A model generated the notes under the pieces. It was not told the origin of the DNA, ran no database searches, and saw nothing but the letters and a program-made list of their open reading frames with translations. Made by a program: the position numbers and the translations under genes. A stretch of DNA of 64,000 nt from Myxococcales bacterium (GTDB lineage Bacteria > Myxococcota_A > UBA9042 > JABWCM01 > BTVJ01), in the NCBI GenBank assembly GCA_045863395.1, contig BTVJ01000005.1:96001-160000 (forward strand). The letters run 5' to 3'. Below, one piece after another: positions 51,766 to 63,000 of the stretch (within the stretch, counting starts at the first letter, position 1; each line of letters opens with the position of its first letter).

Positions 51766-52569
51766 TCAAGCCATGGTCCGCGACATGTAGATCAAGACGA
51801 CCGACAAGGAGCTCAGGAAGCCGATGATCGTCAGCACGGCGGCGCGTCGCCCCTTCCACCCGATCGTGAGCCTGGAATAGAGGAGCAGACCATAGATGAC
51901 CCATGCGGCGATGGCCAGCACGTATTGGGGCGGGATACCGTGGTGCGCCATCTTTCCGACCCAGACCGCGCCGAGCACGATGCCGACGGTATAGACGGGG
52001 AACCCGATGAGGATCGCCCGGTGGTTGGCCCGCTCCAGGGACCCGAGGGGCGGGATGCGGCCCCGGGACGACACCAGCAGCTTGTGTTTCTTGAGGTTGT
52101 GGTCCTGCACGAGGTACAGGATGCTCACGACGAAGGCGACGGTGAAGGCGAGCACGCCGATGATGCTCGCCCCGATGTGGAGCGGCGTCACGAGCCCGAT
52201 GACCTGGTCGCGCACGGTCCCAGCCTGGCGGGCCCCCTCCCACACGCTGTAGAGCACGACCGTCACCACGGGTGTCAGGAAGGCGCCGCCCATGTTCCCG
52301 GGGCGCTTGAGGCTGGTCACGATGTACGCGCCCACGGCGATGAAGGACGCGACCAGGAGCAGATCCGTCGGGAGCCCCTCTGCGCCCCCTGCCCCCAGGA
52401 CGAAGCGCGCGATCAGCGCGCACCCGTGCAGCAACCATGCGCCGATCATGGTCGCCCTGCCGAAGCGGAGCGCGACCTCACGAAACCGGAGCAGGTACGC
52501 CATGTAGAAGACGGTGCTGTTCAGGTACCCGAGGCATGTCGCGATGATCAGCCACCCGACGGGGCTCAT
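51766..52569 (-). CDS. Cytochrome c assembly family membrane protein (CcsA/HemX-like)
   Basis: About 8 TM helices; LHIGAS, QDHNLKK, PPLGSLE, GWKGRRAA; start MSPVGW. Confidence 0.8.
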   Translation of the reverse strand: MSPVGWLIIATCLGYLNSTVFYMAYLLRFREVALRFGRATMIGAWLLHGCALIARFVLGAGGAEGLPTDLLLVASFIAVGAYIVTSLKRPGNMGGAFLTPVVTVVLYSVWEGARQAGTVRDQVIGLVTPLHIGASIIGVLAFTVAFVVSILYLVQDHNLKKHKLLVSSRGRIPPLGSLERANHRAILIGFPVYTVGIVLGAVWVGKMAHHGIPPQYVLAIAAWVIYGLLLYSRLTIGWKGRRAAVLTIIGFLSSLSVVLIYMSRTMA

Positions 52570-53237
52570 GGGCTCCCTCCGTCCAGCAGGGACGTGACCC
52601 CCAGAGACGCCGCGGTGACCGCGGGGCCCAGCGTGTCGGCCAGCAGCCGATCCAGCGCAGCCTCGTCGCGGCGCCGACACGCCTCGAAGAGCGCGTCGCC
52701 CACCAGCCGCTCGTAGGCCTGGCGCGGGGGCGGGCCGTCCTGGCGCAGGCGCTCGCGCGCGGCGGCCACCACCTCCAGCGCGGTCGCCACCTCGGGCCCG
52801 ATCAGGCCGTCGAGCCACTCCTTGAGGGCGTGCGAGAAGCCTGGGCACGCGCCGCCGGTGGACAGCGCCACCGTGAGACGCCCGCGGCGCAGCACCGCTG
52901 GGACGTGAAAGTCGCTGGCATCGGGGTCATCGGCCACGTTCACCAGCACTCCGCGCGCCCTCGCCGCGCTCACCACGGCGGCGTTCGTGTCGCGGCGGTC
53001 CGTGGCGGCGATGGCCGCAAAGGCCCCGTCCAGGTGGTGCGGCTCGAAGCGGGCCTCGACGAGGTCGGCCCTGGCCGCTGCCCAGGTCCTGACCTCGTCC
53101 GACGGCGCGGCCGCGACGATGCGCAGCGCCGCCCCCGTCCCCTCGAGCAGGCGGAGCTTTCGTCCGGCCACACGACCGCCGCCGACGACGACGATCACCC
53201 TGCCCGCCACGCTCATGTTCATCGGATATCGCAGCAT
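52566..53237 (-). CDS. sirC: Precorrin-2 dehydrogenase / sirohydrochlorin ferrochelatase (SirC / CysG N-terminal)
   Basis: VVVGGGRVAGRK, AATD, VNVADDP, FHVPA, STGGACP. Confidence 0.9.
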   Translation of the reverse strand: MLRYPMNMSVAGRVIVVVGGGRVAGRKLRLLEGTGAALRIVAAAPSDEVRTWAAARADLVEARFEPHHLDGAFAAIAATDRRDTNAAVVSAARARGVLVNVADDPDASDFHVPAVLRRGRLTVALSTGGACPGFSHALKEWLDGLIGPEVATALEVVAAARERLRQDGPPPRQAYERLVGDALFEACRRRDEAALDRLLADTLGPAVTAASLGVTSLLDGGSP

Positions 53238-53308
53238 GCGCTCCTCGCCCCACGGGCGCCTGAGTATAGGGAGGGCCCCTCGCGTTGTCACTGGCCCCTG
53301 GGAGGCCA

Positions 53309-54427
53309 TCACGAGATCTTCCCTCGACTGACGCTCACGTTGAGGACCATGCCGATGCCGATGAAGGTGGTCAGCACGCTCGACCCCCCGTAGCTCAACA
53401 GCGGCAGGGTCACGCCGACCACCGGTAGGAGCCCGATGACCATGCCGATGTTCACGAAAGCGCCACTGACGATCATGGTCGCGACGCCGGCGGCAAGCAT
53501 GGCGCCGAACCTCTCCCTCGCCGCGCGGGCGACGCGGAACATCCACACGGCAAAGGCGAAGAACACGAGGGTCAGCCCCGCGCAGCCAACGAACCCGTGC
53601 TCCTCCGCGAACGTGGCGATGATGAAGTCGTTGTGCATCTCCGGCAGGTACTTGAGCCGGCTCCGTGCGCCTCCCTTGATGCCCTTCCCCATCACCTTGC
53701 CGCTCCCCACCGCCCACAGGGCCTGCTCGGGCTGGAGCTTCTTGTCCAGGACCTTCTTCCCCTCCGGGTCCAGCTTGAACTGGTCTTCGTTGAGCCACAG
53801 GCGCACCCGATCCTTCTGGTAGTCGTGGATCACGTCGAACTGCCAGGCGAGAGGGAGCACGAGCATGACGACGGCGAGCACGGTCAGGAGGCTGCGCATG
53901 CGGATGCCCTCGAACAGCAGCATGCACGCGGCGACGATGACGAGCATGAGGGTCGTACCGAGGTCCGGCTGCAGAAGGACCAGCGCCGAGGGAACGCCGA
54001 TCATGATCGTAGGCACGATGAGCTCGCGGAGGGTGAACTTGCCCGGCTTCTTGTTGCGCTGGATCCATCGGGCCAGCGCGAGGATCATGCCGATCTTCAT
54101 GAACTCGCTGGGCTGGATCACCATGTTGCCTATCTCGATCCACCGCTGGCTGTTGTTCACCTCGCGGCCGAAGAGCCGGGTCGCCAGCAGCAGCGCCATG
54201 ACGGCGAAGTAGACGAGATACGACAGGCGCTCGAGGACGCGCAGGTCCACCGCGGCGATCAGGAACGCGACGATCACGCCCAGCAGCATCCAGATGACCT
54301 GGGACTTGTGGAACTGGTCGCCCGAGTAGTAGTCGCTGCTGGCGAGGTTGACGAGCCCGAGGGCTGACACGCCCAGCAGCAACAGCAGCCAGAGCCAGTT
54401 GGAGCGGATGGCACGGAGGAACTGCAT
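53309..54427 (-). CDS. rodA: Rod shape-determining SEDS protein RodA
   Basis: QRWI, QPSEFMK, LQPDLGT, YLPEMHNDF, PVVGVTLPLLSYGGSS. Confidence 0.95.
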   Translation of the reverse strand: MQFLRAIRSNWLWLLLLLGVSALGLVNLASSDYYSGDQFHKSQVIWMLLGVIVAFLIAAVDLRVLERLSYLVYFAVMALLLATRLFGREVNNSQRWIEIGNMVIQPSEFMKIGMILALARWIQRNKKPGKFTLRELIVPTIMIGVPSALVLLQPDLGTTLMLVIVAACMLLFEGIRMRSLLTVLAVVMLVLPLAWQFDVIHDYQKDRVRLWLNEDQFKLDPEGKKVLDKKLQPEQALWAVGSGKVMGKGIKGGARSRLKYLPEMHNDFIIATFAEEHGFVGCAGLTLVFFAFAVWMFRVARAARERFGAMLAAGVATMIVSGAFVNIGMVIGLLPVVGVTLPLLSYGGSSVLTTFIGIGMVLNVSVSRGKIS

Positions 54428-54429
54428 CG

Positions 54430-56724
54430 CTAGGGCAGCTCCTCTTCGCCCATGGGCCTCGGGACGTCCCGCCGTGCAGGGGCGGCGTCGGGGGCAGCGC
54501 TGGGAGCGTCGGCGCCCGCTCCGGCCCTGCGGGCGTCGTGGGAGCCCGCGCGGGGCACCACCTTCCCGAGGCCGCGACGGAAATACTGATCGATGACGTG
54601 CTGGGCGACCGGGGCGGCCATCTGACCGCCCGACCCGCCGTGCTCCACGAACACGACGACCACGATCTGGGGATCCTCGATGGGCGCATAGGCCGCGAAC
54701 CACGCGTGGTCCTGCTTCAGCCACTCGGCGACCTCCTCCGATGCGCCCTTGCGGCTCTGCGGCGCCTCGGCCGTGCCGGTCTTCCCAGCAAAGATCACGT
54801 TCTCCAGGCGGGCGCTCCGCGCCGTCCCGCGGTCAGGATCGTTGACCACGCGCTCCAGACCTCGGCGCACGGCGGTGAGGTGCTGTTCGCTGAAGGGGAG
54901 TGTGCGCTCCACCTCCGGCTGGAAGGTCCGCGTCACGTTGCCACCCGCGTCCTCCAGGCGCTTGACGATCCGCGCGCGCATCACCTTGCCGCCGTTGGCG
55001 ATCGCCGCGTAGACGCGCGCCATCTGGAGCGGCGTGGTCAGGAGCGACCCTTGCCCCACCGACACGGACAACGTGAAGCCGGGCTGCCAGCCGAGGGGCT
55101 GCTGCCGGTGCCACTCCTTGGTCGGCACGCGCCCGACGCGCTCGTTCAGCTCGATCCCCGTGGGCTCGCCCAGCCGGAACACCTCGTGGGAGTAACGCGA
55201 CAGCACGTCCATGCCCATGAGCTCGCCCACCTGGTAGTAGTAGACGTCGCACGAGAGCATCAGCGCCTCCTCCAGGGCGATGTCGCCACCGTGCCCGCCT
55301 CGCGCGTGGCACCGGAACCGTCGGCCGCCAAACGTGTAGAAGCCGGGGCAGGTGGTGTGCCACGACGGCGCCACGACCCCGGTGTCCAACGCCGCCAGGG
55401 AGGTGACGACCTTGAAGATGGAGCCCGGCGCGTAGGCTGTGAGCGCCTTGTCGTAGAGCGGCCCGTAGGGGTTCTCGTCCACCTCGCGCTTCGCCTCACG
55501 GGTCAGCCGCCCCGACCAGATGTTGGGGTCGAAGGAGGGCTTGGAGTACAGGGCGAGCACCTCGCCAGTCGCGGCCTCCATGACGACCACTGCACCGCTC
55601 CGGTGGTACCGCATGGCGTCCTTGATGATGCCCTGGAGCTCCACGTCGAGCGTCAGTACGACCGTCTGCCCGGGCACCGCCTTGGTGCCGCCGAGCCCGC
55701 GGAAGAGCTTCTTCAGCAGCTCCGGATCCTGGGAGGCACCCCGCGAGTCGCGGACGGAGACCTCCTCGCCGCTCTGCCCGCGCAGGGCCTCCTCCATGGC
55801 GCGCTCGATGCCGGTGCGCCCGATCCAGTCGCCCGGCCGGTAGGCGCCGGGCCACTTCTCCATGTCCTCCCGGTTGACCTCGTTCATGTAGCCGAGGACG
55901 TGGCTGAGCCTGTAGCGGTATGGGTACTCGCGGCGCATCTCCGTCACGAGGCGCACGCCCGGCAGCCGGTGCAGGTTGGCGGTGATGATCGCCTGCTCGC
56001 TGTTGAAGCGGCGCTTGCACATCGGGCACTGCAGGTTCGTGGTCGGGCGCTCCAGCGTCGCCCCGTCGACCGGGCACCGCGCCGCGTGCTCCCCGGGCGG
56101 CAACCACGACGAGCCGCAGGCGGAGCAGTGGAGCGCGTGGCCGGCGCCACCCGGCTTGAGCGGGCGCTTGTCGTTCGGGCACTTCTGGGCACCCGCCGGG
56201 AGCTCGTGCCACACCCCACCGCACTCGGGGCACCACAGGTGGGGGACCTCGTCGACGAGCTTGAGCTCGGCCGAGTCGAACGGGCAGGAGCCGGCCACCA
56301 GGTCCCGCGCCACGGAGATGGGGTTGAAGCGCTTCTCCTTGACCGACCCCTCCTCGATGCGCTGCTGGAGCGACGCATACTCTGTGTTGGTCAGCCCGAG
56401 GAGCTCCCGGAGCAGGGGCAGGGTCTTCTCAGGCTCCTTGAGATAGTGGGGGGTGATGGTCAGGTGGTGGGCGTCGATGTTGCGGGCCACGACCCGACCC
56501 TGGCGATCCTTGATGACGCCGCGGCGCGCAGGGACCCGTTCGTCCGAGATGTAGTTGATCTGGGCGAGGCGCTCATACTCGCCCCCCTTGACGACCTGGA
56601 GCTGGAAGAAGCGCCCGACGAGCACCAGCGCCAGGATCCCAGAGAACGCGACGGCCCACAGGTACTGCACGCCGTACTCGGTGCGCCCCGATCCGTCGAT
56701 GTCCAGGTCCAGCCGATCCAGCAT
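54430..56724 (-). CDS. mrdA: Penicillin-binding protein 2 with Cys-rich insertion
   Basis: TM anchor, PARRGVIKDR; SxxK (GSIFK), SCD, KTGT; inside the mre operon. Confidence 0.95.
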   Translation of the reverse strand: MLDRLDLDIDGSGRTEYGVQYLWAVAFSGILALVLVGRFFQLQVVKGGEYERLAQINYISDERVPARRGVIKDRQGRVVARNIDAHHLTITPHYLKEPEKTLPLLRELLGLTNTEYASLQQRIEEGSVKEKRFNPISVARDLVAGSCPFDSAELKLVDEVPHLWCPECGGVWHELPAGAQKCPNDKRPLKPGGAGHALHCSACGSSWLPPGEHAARCPVDGATLERPTTNLQCPMCKRRFNSEQAIITANLHRLPGVRLVTEMRREYPYRYRLSHVLGYMNEVNREDMEKWPGAYRPGDWIGRTGIERAMEEALRGQSGEEVSVRDSRGASQDPELLKKLFRGLGGTKAVPGQTVVLTLDVELQGIIKDAMRYHRSGAVVVMEAATGEVLALYSKPSFDPNIWSGRLTREAKREVDENPYGPLYDKALTAYAPGSIFKVVTSLAALDTGVVAPSWHTTCPGFYTFGGRRFRCHARGGHGGDIALEEALMLSCDVYYYQVGELMGMDVLSRYSHEVFRLGEPTGIELNERVGRVPTKEWHRQQPLGWQPGFTLSVSVGQGSLLTTPLQMARVYAAIANGGKVMRARIVKRLEDAGGNVTRTFQPEVERTLPFSEQHLTAVRRGLERVVNDPDRGTARSARLENVIFAGKTGTAEAPQSRKGASEEVAEWLKQDHAWFAAYAPIEDPQIVVVVFVEHGGSGGQMAAPVAQHVIDQYFRRGLGKVVPRAGSHDARRAGAGADAPSAAPDAAPARRDVPRPMGEEELP

Positions 56725-56751
56725 GGTGCGTCCCGTCGCGCCCCCCTCGGG

Positions 56752-57267
56752 TCAGGGGAAGAAGACGTTGTCCTTCCGGCGGCGCGAGAACACGGTGTCA
56801 GCGAAGCCGCAGAGCCAGAAGACCATCGGCGCGAAGGGCGCCGAGATCAGGGCCTGGGGCACGATCATCGACAGAATCGACCCATAGGTGTCAAACCCCC
56901 GGTCGAAGATCATGGTGAGCAACAGGAACAGCACCCCCGCCACGAGCACGCCCAGAAAGGCCAGGATCATCTGTGACACGACGCCACGGAGCGTCACCTT
57001 GTGAGCGAGGAACCGGAACAGGTAGTACACGAGCACGGAGATCTCCGTGAACATCCCGACCGGCGAGCCAAGCGCGAAGCCGTCCTTCATGAGGCCGATG
57101 GCGAAGGCCACGAGGGCCCCGGTCAGTCCACCGATGTTCACCGCGAGCCAGATCACGACCAGGATCGCCAGATCCGGGGCATAGAGGCTCAGGTTGAGCT
57201 GGTGGAGCAGGGGCGACTCCAGCCCGAGGAGCAGGTAGGTCAACACCAGGATCAGCAGCACCCTCAT
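56752..57267 (-). CDS. mreD: Rod shape-determining protein MreD
   Basis: Hydrophobic 171 aa, PDL and GLMKD motifs; ATGA overlap with mreC. Confidence 0.85.
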   Translation of the reverse strand: MRVLLILVLTYLLLGLESPLLHQLNLSLYAPDLAILVVIWLAVNIGGLTGALVAFAIGLMKDGFALGSPVGMFTEISVLVYYLFRFLAHKVTLRGVVSQMILAFLGVLVAGVLFLLLTMIFDRGFDTYGSILSMIVPQALISAPFAPMVFWLCGFADTVFSRRRKDNVFFP

Positions 57268-58136
57268 CGCTTCTCCTGAGGTCGGTCGGCGGTGGGGTCG
57301 GGGCTGCGGTCGACGACGATCAGCACCTCCTCCAGGGTCGAGAAGTTGACCGCGGGCGTGACGTCGTAGACGTAGTAGAGCCCATCCTGGTGTTCCGAGT
57401 CCGACGCGATGTAGCCCACCTCGAGACCAGGGGGGAACACCTTGTCGTGGCCGCTGGTGACCACCGTGTCGTCCTTCTCCACGGGCTGGCTCTTGTGGAG
57501 GAAGCTGAACTTGCCGCCGTACTCGTTGCGGTCCCCCCGGCCGGTGAGGACGCCGGTGACCCCTTTGCCGGCGATGGTCACGTTGATCTGGCTCCGGGCG
57601 TCCACGGCGAGCATCACGTCGCTCCAACCGGCACCCGTGTTGGAGATGCGGCCTACGACCCCCTCGTGCGTGATCACGGGCATCCCCTCGGTCACGTGGT
57701 CGGAGGCGCCCGTGTCGAGGGCCACCTTGAGCACCCGGTAGTTGGGCGAGATGTCCCGTCCGATGACCCGCGCCGCGATGGTGCGCACGTCCGTGCGGGC
57801 CTTCTTGAACTCCAGGAGCTTCTTGAGGCGCTCGTTCTCGAGGAGCAGGGTCTTCGCTCGCAGCGCCTCGCCGAGCAGCACCTCGTGCTCGCGCAGGAGG
57901 CGCTGGTTCTCCTCGGCGAGCCCCACCAGCCAGACGTAGTCGGACCACACGCCCTCGACGGCGCGGAGCACCTCGTGCGCGACGGCCTGGACGGGCGAGG
58001 TCAGCACGAGCAGCCCGGTCTCGATGGGCGAGTTGCCGGGCCGCCGCTTCCCGTGAAAGTAGAGGGAGAACAGCGGCAGCGTCAGCACCAGGAAGGTGAG
58101 CGCGATGGCGCGGTAGCGGCGGAGGGTGTCTCTCAT
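57264..58136 (-). CDS. mreC: Rod shape-determining protein MreC
   Basis: Coiled coil ENERLKKLL, ARVIGRD, GVVGRI, VVTSG..VFPPGL. Confidence 0.95.
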   Translation of the reverse strand: MRDTLRRYRAIALTFLVLTLPLFSLYFHGKRRPGNSPIETGLLVLTSPVQAVAHEVLRAVEGVWSDYVWLVGLAEENQRLLREHEVLLGEALRAKTLLLENERLKKLLEFKKARTDVRTIAARVIGRDISPNYRVLKVALDTGASDHVTEGMPVITHEGVVGRISNTGAGWSDVMLAVDARSQINVTIAGKGVTGVLTGRGDRNEYGGKFSFLHKSQPVEKDDTVVTSGHDKVFPPGLEVGYIASDSEHQDGLYYVYDVTPAVNFSTLEEVLIVVDRSPDPTADRPQEKR

Positions 58137-58168
58137 CGTCCGGGGGGGTCACCCTGGGTGCGGGCGCG

Positions 58169-59269
<1,101 letters not shown>

Positions 59270-59316
59270 TCACCACGGCCGCGGAGGAGCCTCCGGCGCA
59301 GCATCGAGGCGTGCAG

Positions 59317-59345
59317 CTTATAGCACTCCCCCCGGGGCCGTTCAA
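59317..59345 (-). promoter_or_regulatory. Promoter of the mre operon
   Basis: TTGAAC-N17-TATAAG with extended -10 TG. Confidence 0.5.
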
Positions 59346-59461
59346 GAATGCTTGCCCTGGGGCGTCGGCCAGCGGATCGCGGCACCGGAGCGCAGGCTGC
59401 GCGCCGAGCTCGCCTCGCCCGAGCACCTCGTCCGTGGCCCTGCCAGGGCCCCGTGGCGGTC

Positions 59462-59490
59462 TTGACCTTTGGGGGCGGGTCGTCTAGTAT
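59462..59490 (+). promoter_or_regulatory. Promoter of the ppiD-like gene
   Basis: TTGACC-N17-TAGTAT. Confidence 0.5.
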
Positions 59491-59567
59491 CTGCCCCTTC
59501 CGGAGCCGGGGACTGCCCGAAGCTCGAAAAACATCAACGATTTCAGACATTTAGGAGCGAACGGGCC

Positions 59568-61649
59568 ATGCTCGACCTCCTGCGCAAGCACTCCCGCTCC
59601 ACGATCATCTACGTGCTGTTCGGCATCATCATCGCCGTGTTCGTGTTCACGTTCAACACGACCGGCAGCGGTGGGGGCGGCGGCTGCGGCGGAGGCGTGG
59701 ACTCCACCACCTTGGCGCACGTCGGCAAGGAGAGCATCGACAACGCGACCTTCGACATGGCGCTCCTGATGGCCCAGGACCCGCCCCGCCCCGGGCGTCG
59801 GGACGCGCGGTCCCTGCAGCAGGAGTTCCTCTACAAGGCGACCCGCTTCGTGGCGGTGCCGCCGGACGTCAGGTTCGCGGGGTACGTGCGTCCGGACCCG
59901 AGCCCCATCAAGGCCGAGAAGGTCATGCACGACGTGATCGAGACGTGGCTCGTCAGCCAGAAGGCCAAAGAGATGGGCCTCCGGGTCACCGACGAGGAGC
60001 TCGCGCGCCGCGTGGTCCAGGAGAGCTGGCGCAACCCGGACACCGGCAAGATCGACCCGGCCACCTACGACAACTTCGTCCGCTACGGGCTGCGCACGAC
60101 CAAGGCGCGCTTCGAGGACTTCATGCGGCGGGAGATCCTGCGCGAGAAGATGATCGCCGCGCTGACCGCCCACGTGAAGGAGTCACCCGCGACGATCGAC
60201 TGGTACGTGTCCCAGATGAGCGACAAGGTGAACCTGGAGTACGTGGAGCTGGACGCGGGCACGCTTGCACCCCTGGTGACGGTGGCCGACGCCGAGGTCA
60301 CCCAGTGGCTCGCGACCAATGAGGCCAAGGCCAAGGAGTGGTACGACCAGCACCGCAGCGAGTTCGACAAGCCGGAGCGCGTGAGCCTCCACGGCATCTT
60401 CAAGAAGGCGCCGCTGCGTGTGCTGATCGACCGCCAGGAGGACGCCGCCAAGAAGGCCGAGATGGAGACCCAGCGGGGCACCGCGCAGGCGGCCGCCGAG
60501 ATGCTGCTCGCGCAGCTCCGGCTGGGCGAGCAGGGCATGGCGCCCGGACCAGCGCAGGTCCCAGCCCCCCAGGGTGAGCCGGAGGCGGCTCCCGAGGCGG
60601 CCGCGGAGGAGGCTCCGGCCGCGGAGGAGGCTCCGGCCGCGGAGGAGGCTCCGGCCGCGGAGCCCGCAGCGGAGGTGGGAGACGCCCCCCCTGCCGGCGA
60701 GGCCGCCGAGCAGCCCGTCGAGGCGCCGGTCCCCAGCCGCGCGGAGGCCGAGGCGGCGCCCACCGAGGCGCCCGCAGCGGTCACCTTCGAGGCCCTCGCC
60801 GAGAAGGAGTCCGATCACGTCGAGAGCAAGTCGAAGGGCGGAGCCCTGGAGGTCGAGAGGTCCCGCACGGAGCTGGCCAACTGGCCCTTTGGCCCGGCGG
60901 TGGCCGAGGCAGCCTTCACGCTGGACAAAGGCAAGACGAGCGACGTGCTGGAGGTCGACGGAGGCTTCTGGATCATCCGGGTGAACGCGAAGCTCCCGGC
61001 AGAGAGCAAGACCTTTGAGCAGGCGAAGGCCGACATCGCCCGCCGCCTCCTACAGGAGGAGCGCGCCGCCAAGAAGATCGAGGAGGTCGGCAAGGAGCTG
61101 CTCACGCTGGCGAAGGCCAGCACCGACAAGCCGCTTGCGGAGATCGTCGCTGCATGGAACACCGCCAACCCCGGGCCCGAGAAGGACGGCGAGCCCCAGA
61201 AGCTCCTGTCCGCGGCAGAGACGGGTCCCTTTGCGCGCATGGAGCCAGGCTCCATCCCGCGGGCCTTCGACACGTTCGGCAACATCGTGGGCATCGGCAA
61301 GAGCCCGGAGCTGGTCAAGGACGCGTTCACGCTGACCGAAGCCGCCCCCGTCCCGGACCGCCTCTTCAGCATCGAGGGGTCGGACCGCAAGCTCGTCGTG
61401 CGCTTCAAGGAGCGCGTCGAGCCGACCGCGGAGGAGCTTGCGACCCAGAAGCAGCAGGTGGCCGAGCAGCTCACGCAGTTCAGGAAGATCCAGACCTGGC
61501 AGGCGTGGTACCGGGCGACCCTCGAGGAGGCCATGAAGTCGGAGACCGTGGAGCTCGAGAGCGCCTGGCTGTCGTTGCTGGCGCAGGAGCGCAAGGCCTA
61601 CGAGGACGCCATGGCCCGGTCCAACCCGCTGGCGGCGCAGGGGGGCTGA
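59568..61649 (+). CDS. PpiD-like membrane-anchored periplasmic chaperone (SurA-N plus parvulin domain)
   Basis: MLDLLRK start plus TM; GLRVTDEEL; FDKPERV; FEALAEKES..SKGGAL. Confidence 0.8.
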   Translation: MLDLLRKHSRSTIIYVLFGIIIAVFVFTFNTTGSGGGGGCGGGVDSTTLAHVGKESIDNATFDMALLMAQDPPRPGRRDARSLQQEFLYKATRFVAVPPDVRFAGYVRPDPSPIKAEKVMHDVIETWLVSQKAKEMGLRVTDEELARRVVQESWRNPDTGKIDPATYDNFVRYGLRTTKARFEDFMRREILREKMIAALTAHVKESPATIDWYVSQMSDKVNLEYVELDAGTLAPLVTVADAEVTQWLATNEAKAKEWYDQHRSEFDKPERVSLHGIFKKAPLRVLIDRQEDAAKKAEMETQRGTAQAAAEMLLAQLRLGEQGMAPGPAQVPAPQGEPEAAPEAAAEEAPAAEEAPAAEEAPAAEPAAEVGDAPPAGEAAEQPVEAPVPSRAEAEAAPTEAPAAVTFEALAEKESDHVESKSKGGALEVERSRTELANWPFGPAVAEAAFTLDKGKTSDVLEVDGGFWIIRVNAKLPAESKTFEQAKADIARRLLQEERAAKKIEEVGKELLTLAKASTDKPLAEIVAAWNTANPGPEKDGEPQKLLSAAETGPFARMEPGSIPRAFDTFGNIVGIGKSPELVKDAFTLTEAAPVPDRLFSIEGSDRKLVVRFKERVEPTAEELATQKQQVAEQLTQFRKIQTWQAWYRATLEEAMKSETVELESAWLSLLAQERKAYEDAMARSNPLAAQGG
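60598..60662 (+). repeat. 18-bp in-frame tandem repeat (~3.6 copies) encoding AAEEAP
   Basis: CCGCGGAGGAGGCTCCGG exact at 60601, 60619 and 60637, plus a partial copy. Confidence 0.95.
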
Positions 61650-61854
61650 CCCACCGGCCAGCTCACGTCAACCCCGCCCACTCCCCAATCGGCGTCTCCA
61701 AAGCTCCCGTCGCAGCGCATCGAAAACAGCTCGCTCCCCAGACTCGCCGGCACCCCGCGCCAGGTGTACGCGGCATCCAGACCTCTGACGCTCGTGCTCC
61801 CCCGGAGGCCGCCCCCCAAGCGTCCCCCGGCAGGTCTCGCCCCTCGTGCTGACG

Positions 61855-63000
61855 TCAGCGCAGCTTGGCGGACGGCGCGCGCGCGTCCTCCTCATCCATG
61901 CGGCGCTCCTCCTCGATGCGGCGCTCCTCGTCCCGAAGCAGGCCGCGCAGGTGCGCCAGGTGCTTCTGGGTCTTCTCGGCCCACTCCGTCCCCCGCGCCC
62001 CCGCTCGCTCGCTCATGGTGAGGTTGCGCTCGTAGATCTCCACGGCGCGCTGCACAAGCGGCAGGATGTTCTTCTTGAGCTCCGAGAAGTAGAGGGCCAC
62101 CTCCTGCTCGCCCAGCTCGGCCGGGTACTCGGCCTCGACCATGTCCGTGTAGAAGTCCTCGTACATGGCGCCGAGCCGGAAGCCCGCTGCGATGGACCAC
62201 TGGGAGTTGTGGAGCCGGACCGTCCTCAGGTACGCCGCCTGCGCCTTCAGGAAGAGGTTGCTCTTGTCCTCCAGGTCGCGCTCCATGCGCTCCACCGGGA
62301 GGCGGAAGGCGATGCCGTCGAACAGGGCCCGGTAGATCTCACCGAGCTGGAACTGAGCCATCGACACCCAGTAGCTGCCCTCAAAGACGCGCAGGTGGAG
62401 GTTGTCGTTGTAGACCTTGAGGCACTCCTTGTAGGCGCGCTCCGCCTGGGTGAGATCCCCGAGCTTCTGGTAGGCCCAGCCCCGGCGGACCCAGGCCTCC
62501 GCGCGGTCCATGACGGAGAGCTTCAGCGCGAGGGCCGCCTCGAAGGTGTCCTCCATGGCAGCCCACTGCTCCAGCTTCTCCTGGCAGTTGCCGATGCGGA
62601 ACAGCGCGTCCACCCGGTCGCTCTCCTTCGTGAAGCCAGCGAGCGCTCGCTGATGGAGCGTCAGCGCGGGCGCCCACTGCTGGAGCTCCTCCCGGCCCAG
62701 CCCCGCGTTGAACGCAGCGAGCGGTGCGGCGCGATCCTCGGGAAAGTGCTCCAGGAACACCTCGTACTTGGCCACGGACTCGGCAAACTTCTTGTCGGTG
62801 AAGAGGCGCGCAGCCTCCTTGAACAGGACGTCCGGGTCGAGCGTGTCGACCTCGACGCGCTCGTCGGCCTGGCGGGCGCGGAACTCGATGGCGTCGAGCT
62901 CCACGATGGACCGTGTGGTGCTGCCACAGGCCTGAAGGGCGAGCCCCGCCGCGAGGGCGAGCAGGAGCGACTTGTGGTGCGAGATGTGCGCTGTTCGCAT
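61855..63000 (-). CDS. TPR-repeat lipoprotein (BamD/CpoB-like helical repeats)
   Basis: Lipobox LQA-C; KYEVFLEHFPED, AQFQLGEIY, AGFRLGAMYE. Confidence 0.75.
   Translation of the reverse strand: MRTAHISHHKSLLLALAAGLALQACGSTTRSIVELDAIEFRARQADERVEVDTLDPDVLFKEAARLFTDKKFAESVAKYEVFLEHFPEDRAAPLAAFNAGLGREELQQWAPALTLHQRALAGFTKESDRVDALFRIGNCQEKLEQWAAMEDTFEAALALKLSVMDRAEAWVRRGWAYQKLGDLTQAERAYKECLKVYNDNLHLRVFEGSYWVSMAQFQLGEIYRALFDGIAFRLPVERMERDLEDKSNLFLKAQAAYLRTVRLHNSQWSIAAGFRLGAMYEDFYTDMVEAEYPAELGEQEVALYFSELKKNILPLVQRAVEIYERNLTMSERAGARGTEWAEKTQKHLAHLRGLLRDEERRIEEERRMDEEDARAPSAKLR

Noticed and set aside
53238..54689. 707-aa ORF suggesting a fusion onto SirC
   Set aside because: The extension is an alternate frame of rodA
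60598..60662. Direct repeats as a possible CRISPR array
   Set aside because: No spacers, in-frame coding repeat, no cas genes
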